From an uncultured Gammaproteobacteria bacterium (GTDB lineage: Bacteria > Pseudomonadota > Gammaproteobacteria > JAURND01), in assembly GCA_963714975.1 (NCBI GenBank), contig CAVQQD010000003.1, positions 608,001-672,000 on the forward strand: 64,000 bases of DNA. Reading direction: 5' to 3'. Positions 20,115 to 29,544 of this stretch are shown here, piece by piece. The notes beneath the pieces are model-generated. The model made no database searches. It saw nothing but the letters and a program-made list of their open reading frames with translations, and was not told where the DNA came from. Made by a program: the position numbers and the translations under genes. How positions within the stretch are numbered: the first letter of the stretch is position 1; each line of letters starts with the position of its first letter.

Positions 20115-21053
20115 GTGATGAGCAGCCAATCTATTAGTATACCTCAGCACTTAAAAACATTTGTTTCAACCTCTGCAGAAACACCGATTGAGTTAATTAA
20201 TCGATTAACCAAGGAAGGATTTAAACACCTTTATATTGATGGAGGTATTACCATACAGAACTTTATTGCTGATAATTTGATTAATGAGTTGACCATCACG
20301 CTCATTCCAGTTTTGTTAGGTTCAGGTCGCTCATTATTCGGGCCAGTAGCGCATGATATTGAGCTAAATCACATTGAGACAAAATGCTTTGATGGCGGAT
20401 TTGTGCAATTGAAATATGGTATTAACCCAACTGGAAATGTTACCCATAAAAGAAAAAGTAAAGACAAAGTTTATCTTGTGTATGATGAAATGAGTGATTG
20501 GTTTGATTCTCATCGTAGTAAAGAACTTACCATGGAAAAGTTTTATTTAAATTTACTTCAAAAACATATTCTGGCAGGAGGTAAAATATTAGATGTTGGC
20601 TGTGGCACTGGTGAACCTATAGCACAATTTTTAATTACGCAAGGTTATAAGGTAACCGGCATTGATGCGAGCGAAAAAATGATTGATTTGTGTAAGCAAC
20701 GGTTTCCAAATGCAAAATGGTTGCTTGCTGATATGCGTACTTTAAATTTGCAAGAAAAATTCCATGCGGTCATTGCCTGGCACAGTTTTTTTCATTTACC
20801 GCATGATGATCAACGAAGTACCTTAAAATTGCTTACTTCAATGGTAGAAAAAAACGGTTTACTGATGTTCACATCTGGGGAAGAATACGGTGAGGTCTGG
20901 AGTGATAACGGAGGACATGATCTATATCACGCTTCACTTTCTTCTGCCGAATATACCGAGATACTATCCAATTGTCATTTTGAAATACTGGTACATAAAG
21001 TGAAAGATTCTGACTGTGGTGAAGCAACTGTGTGGATCGCCAAAAAGAAATGA
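20115..21053 (+). CDS. RibD-C/DHFR-like domain (5'-truncated) fused to a class I methyltransferase
   Basis: HLYIDGGITIQ..INELTITLIPVLLGSGRSLF; ILDVGCGTGEP. Confidence 0.75.
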   Translation: MMSSQSISIPQHLKTFVSTSAETPIELINRLTKEGFKHLYIDGGITIQNFIADNLINELTITLIPVLLGSGRSLFGPVAHDIELNHIETKCFDGGFVQLKYGINPTGNVTHKRKSKDKVYLVYDEMSDWFDSHRSKELTMEKFYLNLLQKHILAGGKILDVGCGTGEPIAQFLITQGYKVTGIDASEKMIDLCKQRFPNAKWLLADMRTLNLQEKFHAVIAWHSFFHLPHDDQRSTLKLLTSMVEKNGLLMFTSGEEYGEVWSDNGGHDLYHASLSSAEYTEILSNCHFEILVHKVKDSDCGEATVWIAKKK

Positions 21054-21346
21054 CCAAAGATAAAGCGAAAATAATTCATGAACTGTTTAGCCTTATGAAT
21101 GTTGGAGCTGCAACGTATAATGACTTACAATTACTGGGTATTCACTCCAGAGAGCAATTGGCTCACGCATGTCCTGATGAATTGTACTTACGCTTACAAG
21201 AAATCACAGCCCAAACTCAAGATCCTTGTGTGTGGGATGTCTTTGCCGCCGTAATTTACGAAGTACGTACCGGCGAAAAGCAGCCTTGGTGGGAATGGAC
21301 AAAAATTCGCAAAAAAAGACAATTAGAAGGAACATTTTGTACCTAA
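21050..21346 (+). CDS. Cdd1/mitomycin-resistance-like helix-hairpin-helix protein
   Basis: LMNVGAAT..DLQLLGI, DPCVWDVF, PWWEWT. Confidence 0.75.
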   Translation: MTKDKAKIIHELFSLMNVGAATYNDLQLLGIHSREQLAHACPDELYLRLQEITAQTQDPCVWDVFAAVIYEVRTGEKQPWWEWTKIRKKRQLEGTFCT

Positions 21347-21479
21347 AGTCGCGGCGTGATAACTTAGGACTTTATTGTAACCACTATATTTTAATTGGAG
21401 GAGAAAATTATGCAAAGTGTACTCATTGAGGTAAGAAAACTATATACCGTGGTGCAATTTATTCATGAAGCTTTACAGC

Positions 21480-22883
21480 CTATTCGAACGCGATCTTCGT
21501 CGAGTCTAATCTAGAAGGTGCTGTTCCAGAGGGCGCATATGGAGGTTGCTGATTCGCTACTACCTGCTGTGTCTCCTCCAAAACACTCTCGTTAGAGATC
21601 TTAATATGTCTCTTTTTTTGATCATTTGGGTTCTGTGATTGTGCTTCCATCGTTTGCATTAAAGAGGAAAAGTAAGGACTCTGAGGGAGCAGAGGAGATA
21701 AACCGTCTCTTCGCCATGTTACAAATATACCTTGATCATTGCATTTTCTAATGTCTTTCAGAAAGGCCGAATCAGCTTGTGGACGTTTTAATTGCATATA
21801 ATGTGCAGCTTCCTGTGGAGTGACATCGTAACGCCAGACCAAATAACTAATGGCTACCGCCACACTACGCGAGGCGCCTGCCGAACAATGCACCAACACA
21901 TTTTCTCCCTTGTTTCGCGCATCGTCAATTGCTCTCAATGCGGTAGGTAATCTAGAAAGTAATTTACTCCAATTTTTATTTTCTTTTTCTTCGGGCTCGT
22001 TGGGTTGCTTATCACCCAAATCCTGGCCAATGTTAATATGCATACATCCTGCAGGTGAACTGCTAGGGTCAGTTTTTGCTACGGTTATGGCCGTGGATAA
22101 TTGTCCTGGTGAACTGCTAGCGTCAGAAGGATTTGTGACGGTTATGACTGTGGGAAAGCTTCGTCCTAAAGATGATTCGCAGGCAGGATGATTTGTTACG
22201 GTTATGACCGTGGAAAATCGCAGATCTTTTCCATCCCTTACTTCCCTATAAGACTCTATATCCCCCACATGCAATCCTTCTATAATTTTATGTGAATGTG
22301 TGGATAATGATCTAAGCTGTTCCTCTTCGGACAATATGGGTATAGGTTGTCTGAAAGCCGCTTTTATCTGCTTTGCTAACTCGTTTTTAATTTCTGGCTT
22401 AACTTCTGAGGGATAAACTAGCTGCCGAGCAAACGTATATACAGCACCAATTCCTGCCCAAAAAATCATTTTTGTCGCATCCGCGCCAAACCCAAGAATC
22501 TCGAAACCCAGTCCAGCTGGAGCGAACAGGCCAATCAGTGGAGGAAAAGCAAGCATCAAGATAATCGCCCATATTACAATGTTTGCAAATTGAAACCACT
22601 TTTTATATCCATATTTCTCACCTAGTTTTTCTGGCCAAAATAACAGTAATGCTAAATTAAAAAAAGCTCCAGATTCAGATTCATGATCCGTTCTTCTTAA
22701 CAAAAATTCTGGTGAGAAAGGCAGGAAAACAATTCCTCGAAGCAAAGCCCGAAACCAGGGTTCTTCAGAAACCGCAGCTTTTCCTACGGCTTCGTGATGT
22801 TTGTTTTCGTCTGTCATAACTTTTTTCCGAAGTTGATTAGAAAATTCGATAATCAAATGATTATAGTGAGTAGGCTGAGGCAT
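21480..22883 (-). CDS. Membrane-anchored dual-specificity protein phosphatase, effector-like (start may be 22817)
   Basis: N-terminal TM helices; IIEGLHVGD, VLVHCSAGASRSVAVAISYL, KRP DSP motifs. Confidence 0.85.
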   Translation of the reverse strand: MPQPTHYNHLIIEFSNQLRKKVMTDENKHHEAVGKAAVSEEPWFRALLRGIVFLPFSPEFLLRRTDHESESGAFFNLALLLFWPEKLGEKYGYKKWFQFANIVIWAIILMLAFPPLIGLFAPAGLGFEILGFGADATKMIFWAGIGAVYTFARQLVYPSEVKPEIKNELAKQIKAAFRQPIPILSEEEQLRSLSTHSHKIIEGLHVGDIESYREVRDGKDLRFSTVITVTNHPACESSLGRSFPTVITVTNPSDASSSPGQLSTAITVAKTDPSSSPAGCMHINIGQDLGDKQPNEPEEKENKNWSKLLSRLPTALRAIDDARNKGENVLVHCSAGASRSVAVAISYLVWRYDVTPQEAAHYMQLKRPQADSAFLKDIRKCNDQGIFVTWRRDGLSPLLPQSPYFSSLMQTMEAQSQNPNDQKKRHIKISNESVLEETQQVVANQQPPYAPSGTAPSRLDSTKIAFE

Positions 22884-22904
22884 TTCAGCTTCAGCCTACT
22901 CATC

Positions 22905-22937
22905 ATAATACACAAGAAAGCTTAAGATTTTATGAGA
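22905..22937 (-). promoter_or_regulatory. Degenerate PmrA-type box plus -10
   Basis: Minus strand tCTCAtaaa-at-cTTAAgctt-N7-TATTAT. Confidence 0.45.
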
Positions 22938-23055
22938 TACGAACTGGGATGGGAATCGTGACACGAATTAAACGAGAAGGACTTATATGCATATTGATAG
23001 AGGCTGTACCGAAAAGTGTTGACACATCACACATCACAAAGACTTGCCTTTCCTA

Positions 23056-23394
23056 TCACTTCGGCGCCATGGGTGGATTATACGCGACCCTCACCACTCG
23101 ACCGCCTTGGAAATAAATATCTAAGCGCTTCATATAAATATCTTTCCCTCCGCGTTGCAAGGTATAGACATAAGCCCAGTGGTTATCGTTAAACAAATTG
23201 CCTAGAATTGGATTCCCCAAGATGGCCAATACTTGTTCTTTACTCATGCCTGGCTTGATTCGCGCTTCCATTTCAGGCGTGTACAGGTTTCCCTGCTGCA
23301 CATCAGGTTGATAAGGACGCAAGACAGAACAAGCTGTAAACTCAGGGCAGAGTAAGCATAAAAATAAGAATGGAAGTACAATATTTTTTTTCAT
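23056..23394 (-). CDS. bamE: Outer membrane protein assembly factor BamE
   Basis: Lipobox TAC, YQPDVQQGN, GMSKEQVLAILGNP; divergent from fur. Confidence 0.9.
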   Translation of the reverse strand: MKKNIVLPFLFLCLLCPEFTACSVLRPYQPDVQQGNLYTPEMEARIKPGMSKEQVLAILGNPILGNLFNDNHWAYVYTLQRGGKDIYMKRLDIYFQGGRVVRVAYNPPMAPK

Positions 23395-23489
23395 AGTGTT
23401 ATATTCCTAAGCGCCGTCTTGCAGGAAGCAGAGATCCATGTCAAAACAACGGTGTGAGTTATTTAGAGCATTACTATATAAGGGGTAGT

Positions 23490-23897
23490 ATGAAAAATAA
23501 AGAACTTCGTGATGCAGGTTTGAAAATTACCGTGCCACGATTGAAAATTTTGCAAGTATTAGAAAATGCGGACCCGCATCATTTAAGTGCCGAAGATGTC
23601 TATAAAGCCTTGCTAGAGTCAGGTAATGAAGTTGCTTTAGCCACCGTGTATCGGGTCCTGACGCAATTTGAAGAGGCTGGAATCATTAAGCGGCATCATT
23701 TTGAAGGGGGCTATTCCGTATTTGAAATAGAGCAGGGAGAGCATCACGATCACATGGTTTGTGTCAAATGCAATCGAGTCGAAGAATTCGTTGATCCTGA
23801 CATTGAAAAGCGGCAAGCTGAGGTTGCCAGTCAGGCAGGTTTCAAAATGACGGACCACAGTCTTACGATTTATGGGATTTGCAAAGATTGCAGTTAA
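23490..23897 (+). CDS. fur: Ferric uptake regulator
   Basis: GLKITVPRLKIL, LATVYRVLTQF, HHDHMVCVKC. Confidence 0.97.
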   Translation: MKNKELRDAGLKITVPRLKILQVLENADPHHLSAEDVYKALLESGNEVALATVYRVLTQFEEAGIIKRHHFEGGYSVFEIEQGEHHDHMVCVKCNRVEEFVDPDIEKRQAEVASQAGFKMTDHSLTIYGICKDCS

Positions 23898-23908
23898 GAC
23901 GCCGGGAA

Positions 23909-24766
23909 TTAAAGACCTAAAACCAACCCCAGAAATATCACACAGCCAATCCATTGACTACGTTGGAAAGCTATCAGGCAGGCCTCGGGGCGGCGGTTCC
24001 AAATCAGGCATTGTAAATACACCATGATTCCTGCAGCCACGATTAGGCCGAGAAAAAAAGCGCGTCCTAGCTGCCATTGTTGCCCCAATACCCAGAGTAG
24101 CAAGAGCATTAGTGCATGGAGTAAGGCAATCACCGATGTCTCCCAATTCCCCCATAAAATAGCTGTGGATTTGATGCCTACCTGCAAATCATCAGTTCGA
24201 TCTGCCATGGCATACATCGTGTCGTAAGCAATGGTCCATAAGCAGGTGAGCAGGAATAGCAACCACCCGAGGAGTGGCACTTCCCCAGTTTGTGCCGCAA
24301 ATGCCATAGGTATACCCCAACTAAAGGCTATGCCCAATACAAATTGCGGCAAGTGAGTCACGCGTTTCATGAAAGGATAAGTTACCATCAGCACTATCGC
24401 CGGTATCGCCAGCAAGCGTGCTAGGGCATTCAGAGGCCACAGCAATCCAGCCGCTAATAGGCTGAGCGTTAAGACCAAGATTAGTGCTTCTTTGGGAGAT
24501 ACCTGGCCAGTCACTAAAGGACGATTGCGAGTCCTGCTCACAGCCCCATCCCAATGCCGATCAGCCAAATCATTAATGACACAACCAGCGGAGCGGGTTA
24601 GAAACACCCCCAGGGTGAAGATCAACACCAAGGACCCAGCGGGTTGTCCTTGGCCCGCTATCCACAAAGCCCATAAGGTGGGCCACAGCAATAGCAAAGT
24701 CCCTATCGGCCGGTGCCAGCGCATCAACTGGGCGTAGGCCCGGCATTTACTGAGCATATTGGTCAT
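23909..24766 (-). CDS. ubiA: 4-hydroxybenzoate octaprenyltransferase
   Basis: RPIGTLLLLWP, AGCVINDLADR, YDTMYAMADRTDD. Confidence 0.95.
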   Translation of the reverse strand: MTNMLSKCRAYAQLMRWHRPIGTLLLLWPTLWALWIAGQGQPAGSLVLIFTLGVFLTRSAGCVINDLADRHWDGAVSRTRNRPLVTGQVSPKEALILVLTLSLLAAGLLWPLNALARLLAIPAIVLMVTYPFMKRVTHLPQFVLGIAFSWGIPMAFAAQTGEVPLLGWLLFLLTCLWTIAYDTMYAMADRTDDLQVGIKSTAILWGNWETSVIALLHALMLLLLWVLGQQWQLGRAFFLGLIVAAGIMVYLQCLIWNRRPEACLIAFQRSQWIGCVIFLGLVLGL

Positions 24767-25290
24767 ATTTGTTCTTTAATAAATAAACTTGTCCGGTCCT
24801 TTCTGCTGTAGCCGTGTTGCTGTAATCGAGTGCTAACCCAATGATCCAACGACAGTTTACCTGATCCATGCAGCATCAGCATCATTAATAATAATCCCCA
24901 ATTGATGTGTTGTTGTAAGCCCATAGATCCGCCGGCTGTCCATAAAAAGGGATAAGAAATAACCGCTATAATATTATAAAAAAAGAAAATTAAGATACAA
25001 AAGCGTCCACCCAAGCCCAGTACTAATAAAATCGGTAGGATAATTTCTGCCGCAGTTCCTAGTACTGCAGCCACATCAGGGGATAAAATGGGGACTTGGT
25101 AAACGTAAGTAAACAGGTTCACTGTGGTTTCCCAACTCTGGATTTTTAGCAAACCTGACTTGAAAAATATGCTGGCTACCCATAAACGAACAATTAAATC
25201 ACCAAAAGGTGTTAAAAAGTTCATAGTAGCGACAAAGGGGTGTACAATTTTCGCAACGATCCGAATAGACATAATGGCCTCCATACTCAT
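24763..25290 (-). CDS. DoxX-family membrane protein
   Basis: RLWVASIFFKSGLLK, GSGKLSLDH. Confidence 0.85.
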   Translation of the reverse strand: MSMEAIMSIRIVAKIVHPFVATMNFLTPFGDLIVRLWVASIFFKSGLLKIQSWETTVNLFTYVYQVPILSPDVAAVLGTAAEIILPILLVLGLGGRFCILIFFFYNIIAVISYPFLWTAGGSMGLQQHINWGLLLMMLMLHGSGKLSLDHWVSTRLQQHGYSRKDRTSLFIKEQI

Positions 25291-25377
25291 TTTTTTAGTC
25301 CGTTTAAAAAAAGTCTAGCACAAGCCATTTAGGTTTGCTTTCGGGGACAAAAATCTCAGTTAAGGTAGACACAAACT

Positions 25378-25665
25378 ATGGAATATCTCATAGAAGCGGT
25401 AATCAACAATAATGCGGAGCAAGTTCGCCAATTATTAAGCTCTGGGCTTGACCCTAATGGATTTGAAGACCAGGCCCAGGTGAGGCCCTTGCATTTTGCT
25501 GCCCAATATAATTCACTAGCAAGCGCCCTTGTGCTCTTAGAGGCAGGTGCGCAAATAGATGTCACAACTGCCGATGGAATCACTCCGTTAGATGTGGCTA
25601 AACTTCACTCCCATCAGGATATGATTCAGTTATTTCAAGGGACATTACATGTGGAAAAAAATTAA
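25378..25665 (+). CDS. Small ankyrin-repeat protein
   Basis: PLHFAAQYN, GITPLDVA. Confidence 0.85.
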   Translation: MEYLIEAVINNNAEQVRQLLSSGLDPNGFEDQAQVRPLHFAAQYNSLASALVLLEAGAQIDVTTADGITPLDVAKLHSHQDMIQLFQGTLHVEKN

Positions 25666-26791
25666 CCTTTTAATTTCAGTAGTTTGGATGCTTTCCGCCC
25701 AGGCCCAACCGGTAATGCCAATTACGGTTGGCGCGATTTATAATTTGACCGGGAGCCAAAGCCTACTCGATACTTACTCTGCCGATGGGGCTAAGTTAGC
25801 GGCGTCGGAAATTAATCAGGCAGGCGGTTTATTGGGTCGCCCGGTCCAGTTAAAAATTCTCAATGGCCAAACCGAGCCAGAAGTTATTGCCAGAGATGCA
25901 GCTGAGTTAGGAGCTGATAAAGATATTGTGGCAGTCATTGGCTTAAGTGATACCGACATGGCGCAGGCAGCCATTCCGACCTTGGCGAAATATCACAAAT
26001 TGCTCATTATTTCAGGAGCTACTTCACCTGTTTTAGTTAAGCTATCCCCCAATTGGGTCTTTATGGCAACTTTTTCTGACGATCAGCAAGCAGAAAAAGC
26101 TGCTGATTTTGCTTTTAAAACCCAACATTATAAAACTGGCGTTTTACTGTTTCAAAAAGACAGCCAATATGCGAACTTGCTGGCGCGTTATTTCCAGAAA
26201 TTTTACGAAAAACTGGGGGGGGAATTTATTGCCACTAGCAAATTTACTCGAGAACATTCGAATATTTCCGCTTTTTTGGCTCAGATTGAGAAAAAAGGCG
26301 TTGTTCCCGATTTTCTCTATTTGGCAGCAGATCCCACTACCTCGGTCAATATTGTGCAACAATTACGGCAGAAAGGCTTCGAGCAACCAATTGTTGGTGG
26401 CGATGGTTTGGATACGATAGCTCTACGCCAGCAATCACGGGCATCCCATTGGGTGGGGAGCATTTTTTACACGACTCATGCCTTTGTTGAGTCGCAAAAC
26501 CCTAATCTCCGTGTGCAAAATTTTATCGAAGATTATCGAAGAATGTATCATCAAATACCGGACAGTAGTTTTGCTGCTTTGGGTTATGACACGATGAATC
26601 TATTAGCAGAAGCCATTCGCCAAGCCAATTCGACGGATCCGAATAAGATTCGTGCCTCTTTAAAAAATTTGGCTAATTTTGAGGGCCTTACAGGGTTTAT
26701 GAGTTTTTCCAATAGTTTTATTCCGAAAAAAACAATTTCTTTAGTAGAATTACGTAATGGAGAGGAGGAGTTGTTGGCCCCCTCTCCTTAG
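25649..26791 (+). CDS. LivJ/K-like periplasmic binding protein (no adjacent permeases)
   Basis: Signal peptide, EINQAGGLLGRPV, ALGYD, FEGLTG. Confidence 0.85.
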   Translation: MWKKINLLISVVWMLSAQAQPVMPITVGAIYNLTGSQSLLDTYSADGAKLAASEINQAGGLLGRPVQLKILNGQTEPEVIARDAAELGADKDIVAVIGLSDTDMAQAAIPTLAKYHKLLIISGATSPVLVKLSPNWVFMATFSDDQQAEKAADFAFKTQHYKTGVLLFQKDSQYANLLARYFQKFYEKLGGEFIATSKFTREHSNISAFLAQIEKKGVVPDFLYLAADPTTSVNIVQQLRQKGFEQPIVGGDGLDTIALRQQSRASHWVGSIFYTTHAFVESQNPNLRVQNFIEDYRRMYHQIPDSSFAALGYDTMNLLAEAIRQANSTDPNKIRASLKNLANFEGLTGFMSFSNSFIPKKTISLVELRNGEEELLAPSP

Positions 26792-26805
26792 AACAGGAGA
26801 AAAAT

Positions 26806-27537
26806 GTGTCCATTCGAGTTTTAGTCAACGGCGCCCGCGGTAAAATGGGGCAAGAGGTCACCAAGGCAATAAAAAATGCTCCAGATTTAATCCTGGTGGG
26901 CGAAACTAATAAAGAAGATGATCTTAATGGGGCCATTGCGTCATATCAAGCCCAGGTAGTAGTTGATTTTACCTTGCCGGATGTAGTTTTCGACAATACT
27001 CGTACCATTCTCGGTGCGGGCGCACATCCAGTGATTGGCACCTCGGGTTTATCACTCGAGCAAATGGAAGAACTGCAGCAATTGGCCGCCAGCAAGAAAT
27101 TAGGCGGCATTATTGCGCCTAATTTTTCTATCGGCATTGCCTTAATGAATAAATATGCCCAGGACTGTGCCCGTTATTTCTCCGAAGTTGAGATCATTGA
27201 ATGCCACCATGCCGCCAAAGTCGATGCCCCCTCGGGGACTGCGTTGCAAACCGCGCAATTAATTGCTGCCGTCAAAGCCCAGTCTCAGAGCAACCCGGCC
27301 GAAAAGGAAACTTTGCCAGGCGTGCGCGGTGGCCGCTACCAAGGAATTCCCATCCATTCCGTCCGCCTACCCGGGTTACTGGCCCAACAAATTGTGTTGT
27401 TTGGTGGTCAAGGCCAAACTCTGAGCTTACGCCATGATGCGTTAAGCCGCGAAACCTATATGCCAGGCGTTTGCCTTGCCTGCCGCAAGGTTCTGGAGCT
27501 GGATAAGTTGGTGTATGGTTTGGAACAGATTCTGTAA
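26806..27537 (+). CDS. dapB: 4-hydroxy-tetrahydrodipicolinate reductase
   Basis: NGARGKMG, IGTSG, APNFSIG, ECHHAAKVDAPSGTA. Confidence 0.95.
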   Translation: MSIRVLVNGARGKMGQEVTKAIKNAPDLILVGETNKEDDLNGAIASYQAQVVVDFTLPDVVFDNTRTILGAGAHPVIGTSGLSLEQMEELQQLAASKKLGGIIAPNFSIGIALMNKYAQDCARYFSEVEIIECHHAAKVDAPSGTALQTAQLIAAVKAQSQSNPAEKETLPGVRGGRYQGIPIHSVRLPGLLAQQIVLFGGQGQTLSLRHDALSRETYMPGVCLACRKVLELDKLVYGLEQIL

Positions 27538-27610
27538 GCGTAAACAAGGTGCTTATCAACACGAGGCGCAGTGTGCGGTTTAATGTTAATTTTCTTAGCA
27601 AGGTGCCTTT

Positions 27611-29308
27611 ATGCGACTACCCTTAGGTCAAGATGATTTTAAAAAAATCAGGGACAGGAAGTACGATTGGGTCGATAAAAGTTTATTTATCCAAGAAATT
27701 CTCGATGACACCGCTGAAGTTGCTGTGATCACCCGTCCGCGCCGTTTTGGCAAAACCCTCAATTTATCAATGCTGCATTATTTTTTAGCAGCTGAAGCCT
27801 ATGGACAATCCTCTCAAGGATTATTTAATGGCACGAAAATTGCAGCTTTGGGTGACGAATATATGCAGCACCAAGGCCGCTACCCAGTGATCTTTGTTAC
27901 CTTTAAAGAAGTGAAAAATCAGCACTTTGCGACTGCCTATCGAATGATGGAAGCCATGATGGCACAGCTTTATCAGGAATATCAGCATATCCTTCTGGAG
28001 AGTCCACACTTAACTTCCAGTGATAAAGAAAAATTTCTTGCTGTGCTGGAAGAGCGCGCTGATGAAGGTGCTATTCGATCTGCTCTGCGCAATCTAAGTT
28101 ATTACCTTTATCAGCATTATCAAGTCAAGCCGTGGTTGCTGATCGATGAGTACGATACTCCGATTCAGGCCGCTTATGTGCATAACTATTACGATCAAAT
28201 GATCGATCTGCTGCGTGGTGTCTTTGGCCCGGCGTTAAAAACCAATCCCTATCTCGAAAAGGCAGTGATTACAGGAATTTTACGGGTTGCCAAAGAAAGC
28301 TTATTTTCGGGATTAAATAATTTAAAAGTTTATACCCTGACAAATTCTCAATATGGGCAGTATTTTGGTTTTACCGAAGATGAAGTAGAAAATTTATTGC
28401 AGCAAGCAGGCTTACAAACACAAGCCCCTGCGATTCGTGATTGGTACAATGGCTATAAAGCAGGAACCTACACCGTTTACAATCCCTGGTCGATTGTCAA
28501 TTGCATTCGCGAAAAGGGAGAATTAGCGCCTTATTGGGTCAATACCAGCGATAATAAATTGATTAAAATCCTGTTACTGGGGTCGAGTGAAGATTTTAGA
28601 GCGCAATTTGAGGATTTATTACAAGGGAAGACGATTGAAAAAGTGATTGATGAAACTTTGGCATTTGCCGCCTTGAAAAACAGCGAAAGGGCGGCGTGGA
28701 GTTTATTGTTTGCAGCGGGTTATTTGAAAGTGGTTGCTTCACAGCGGGTTGAAGAAGAATTGCAGTGTCAATTAGATATTCCCAACCGCGAAGTACGTGG
28801 GTTATATCGAAGCATTATTCGGGAATGGTTAGCTGACGATCATGACACGAAATGGCTTGATGCTTTCTTAAATCATTTGCTCATAGGTGATTTAAAAGCC
28901 TTCGAACTAGATTTAAAACATCTGGTTGAACAAACATTTAGTGTCCACGACATTTCTAAAGATCCTGAAGTGTTTTATCATGGCTTTATGATTGGTGCGA
29001 CAGCAAGTCTGTATCACAATCCAAATTATGAAATTAAATCGAACCGAGAGAGTGGTTATGGTCGCTATGATTATCTGATTTTTTCGCATGATAAAAATAA
29101 ACCGACGATTTTAATTGAGCTCAAACGCGTGCCCAAAGATGCACCCCACTTAGATCAGGCTTTGGAGCAAGCGGCACAACAAGCTTTAGAACAAATCGAA
29201 TTACAAAATTATACGGCTGAAGCCAAGCAACGTAATAGGACCAATATATTAAAAATTGGTTTAGCTTTTTCTGGGAAGCGTTTTAAGTTATTATCTCATA
29301 CTGTTTGA
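27611..29308 (+). CDS. AAA-ATPase-like protein with C-terminal PD-(D/E)XK nuclease
   Basis: RPRRFGKTLNLSML, LIDEYDTP, YNPWS, NRESGYGRYD, IELK. Confidence 0.9.
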   Translation: MRLPLGQDDFKKIRDRKYDWVDKSLFIQEILDDTAEVAVITRPRRFGKTLNLSMLHYFLAAEAYGQSSQGLFNGTKIAALGDEYMQHQGRYPVIFVTFKEVKNQHFATAYRMMEAMMAQLYQEYQHILLESPHLTSSDKEKFLAVLEERADEGAIRSALRNLSYYLYQHYQVKPWLLIDEYDTPIQAAYVHNYYDQMIDLLRGVFGPALKTNPYLEKAVITGILRVAKESLFSGLNNLKVYTLTNSQYGQYFGFTEDEVENLLQQAGLQTQAPAIRDWYNGYKAGTYTVYNPWSIVNCIREKGELAPYWVNTSDNKLIKILLLGSSEDFRAQFEDLLQGKTIEKVIDETLAFAALKNSERAAWSLLFAAGYLKVVASQRVEEELQCQLDIPNREVRGLYRSIIREWLADDHDTKWLDAFLNHLLIGDLKAFELDLKHLVEQTFSVHDISKDPEVFYHGFMIGATASLYHNPNYEIKSNRESGYGRYDYLIFSHDKNKPTILIELKRVPKDAPHLDQALEQAAQQALEQIELQNYTAEAKQRNRTNILKIGLAFSGKRFKLLSHTV

Positions 29309-29333
29309 GGCGCGTGCCTCTAAGAGCTGTTTA

Positions 29334-29360
29334 TCCTGAGGAGCGAAGCGTCTCGCAGGA
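29334..29360. repeat. Short REP-like palindrome
   Basis: tcctgaggagcgaagcgtctcgcagga with GCGAAGC loop. Confidence 0.6.
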
Positions 29361-29417
29361 CACGGCGGAGTAGTTGCTTTGTCCCCTACACAGTTGCTTT
29401 TTAATTTTTTTCGGGCT

Positions 29418-29450
29418 GTTAATGTACACATAAGCTTTGCCAAGTATAGT
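29418..29450 (+). promoter_or_regulatory. PmrA-type box plus -10
   Basis: gTTAAtgta-ca-cATAAgctt-N7-TATAGT. Confidence 0.55.
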
Positions 29451-29544
29451 AAGCGTTTTTTAGGAGGTGTAATTTTAATGTGACTCAATGAGAATGAAGC
29501 CACAGAGTGTTAAATAACTAAACAAATATAGAGGAGAATCTACG

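Noticed and set aside
14750-21346. Integron cassette array
   Set aside because: Genes overlap or abut with no room for attC sites, orientations are mixed and no intI is present
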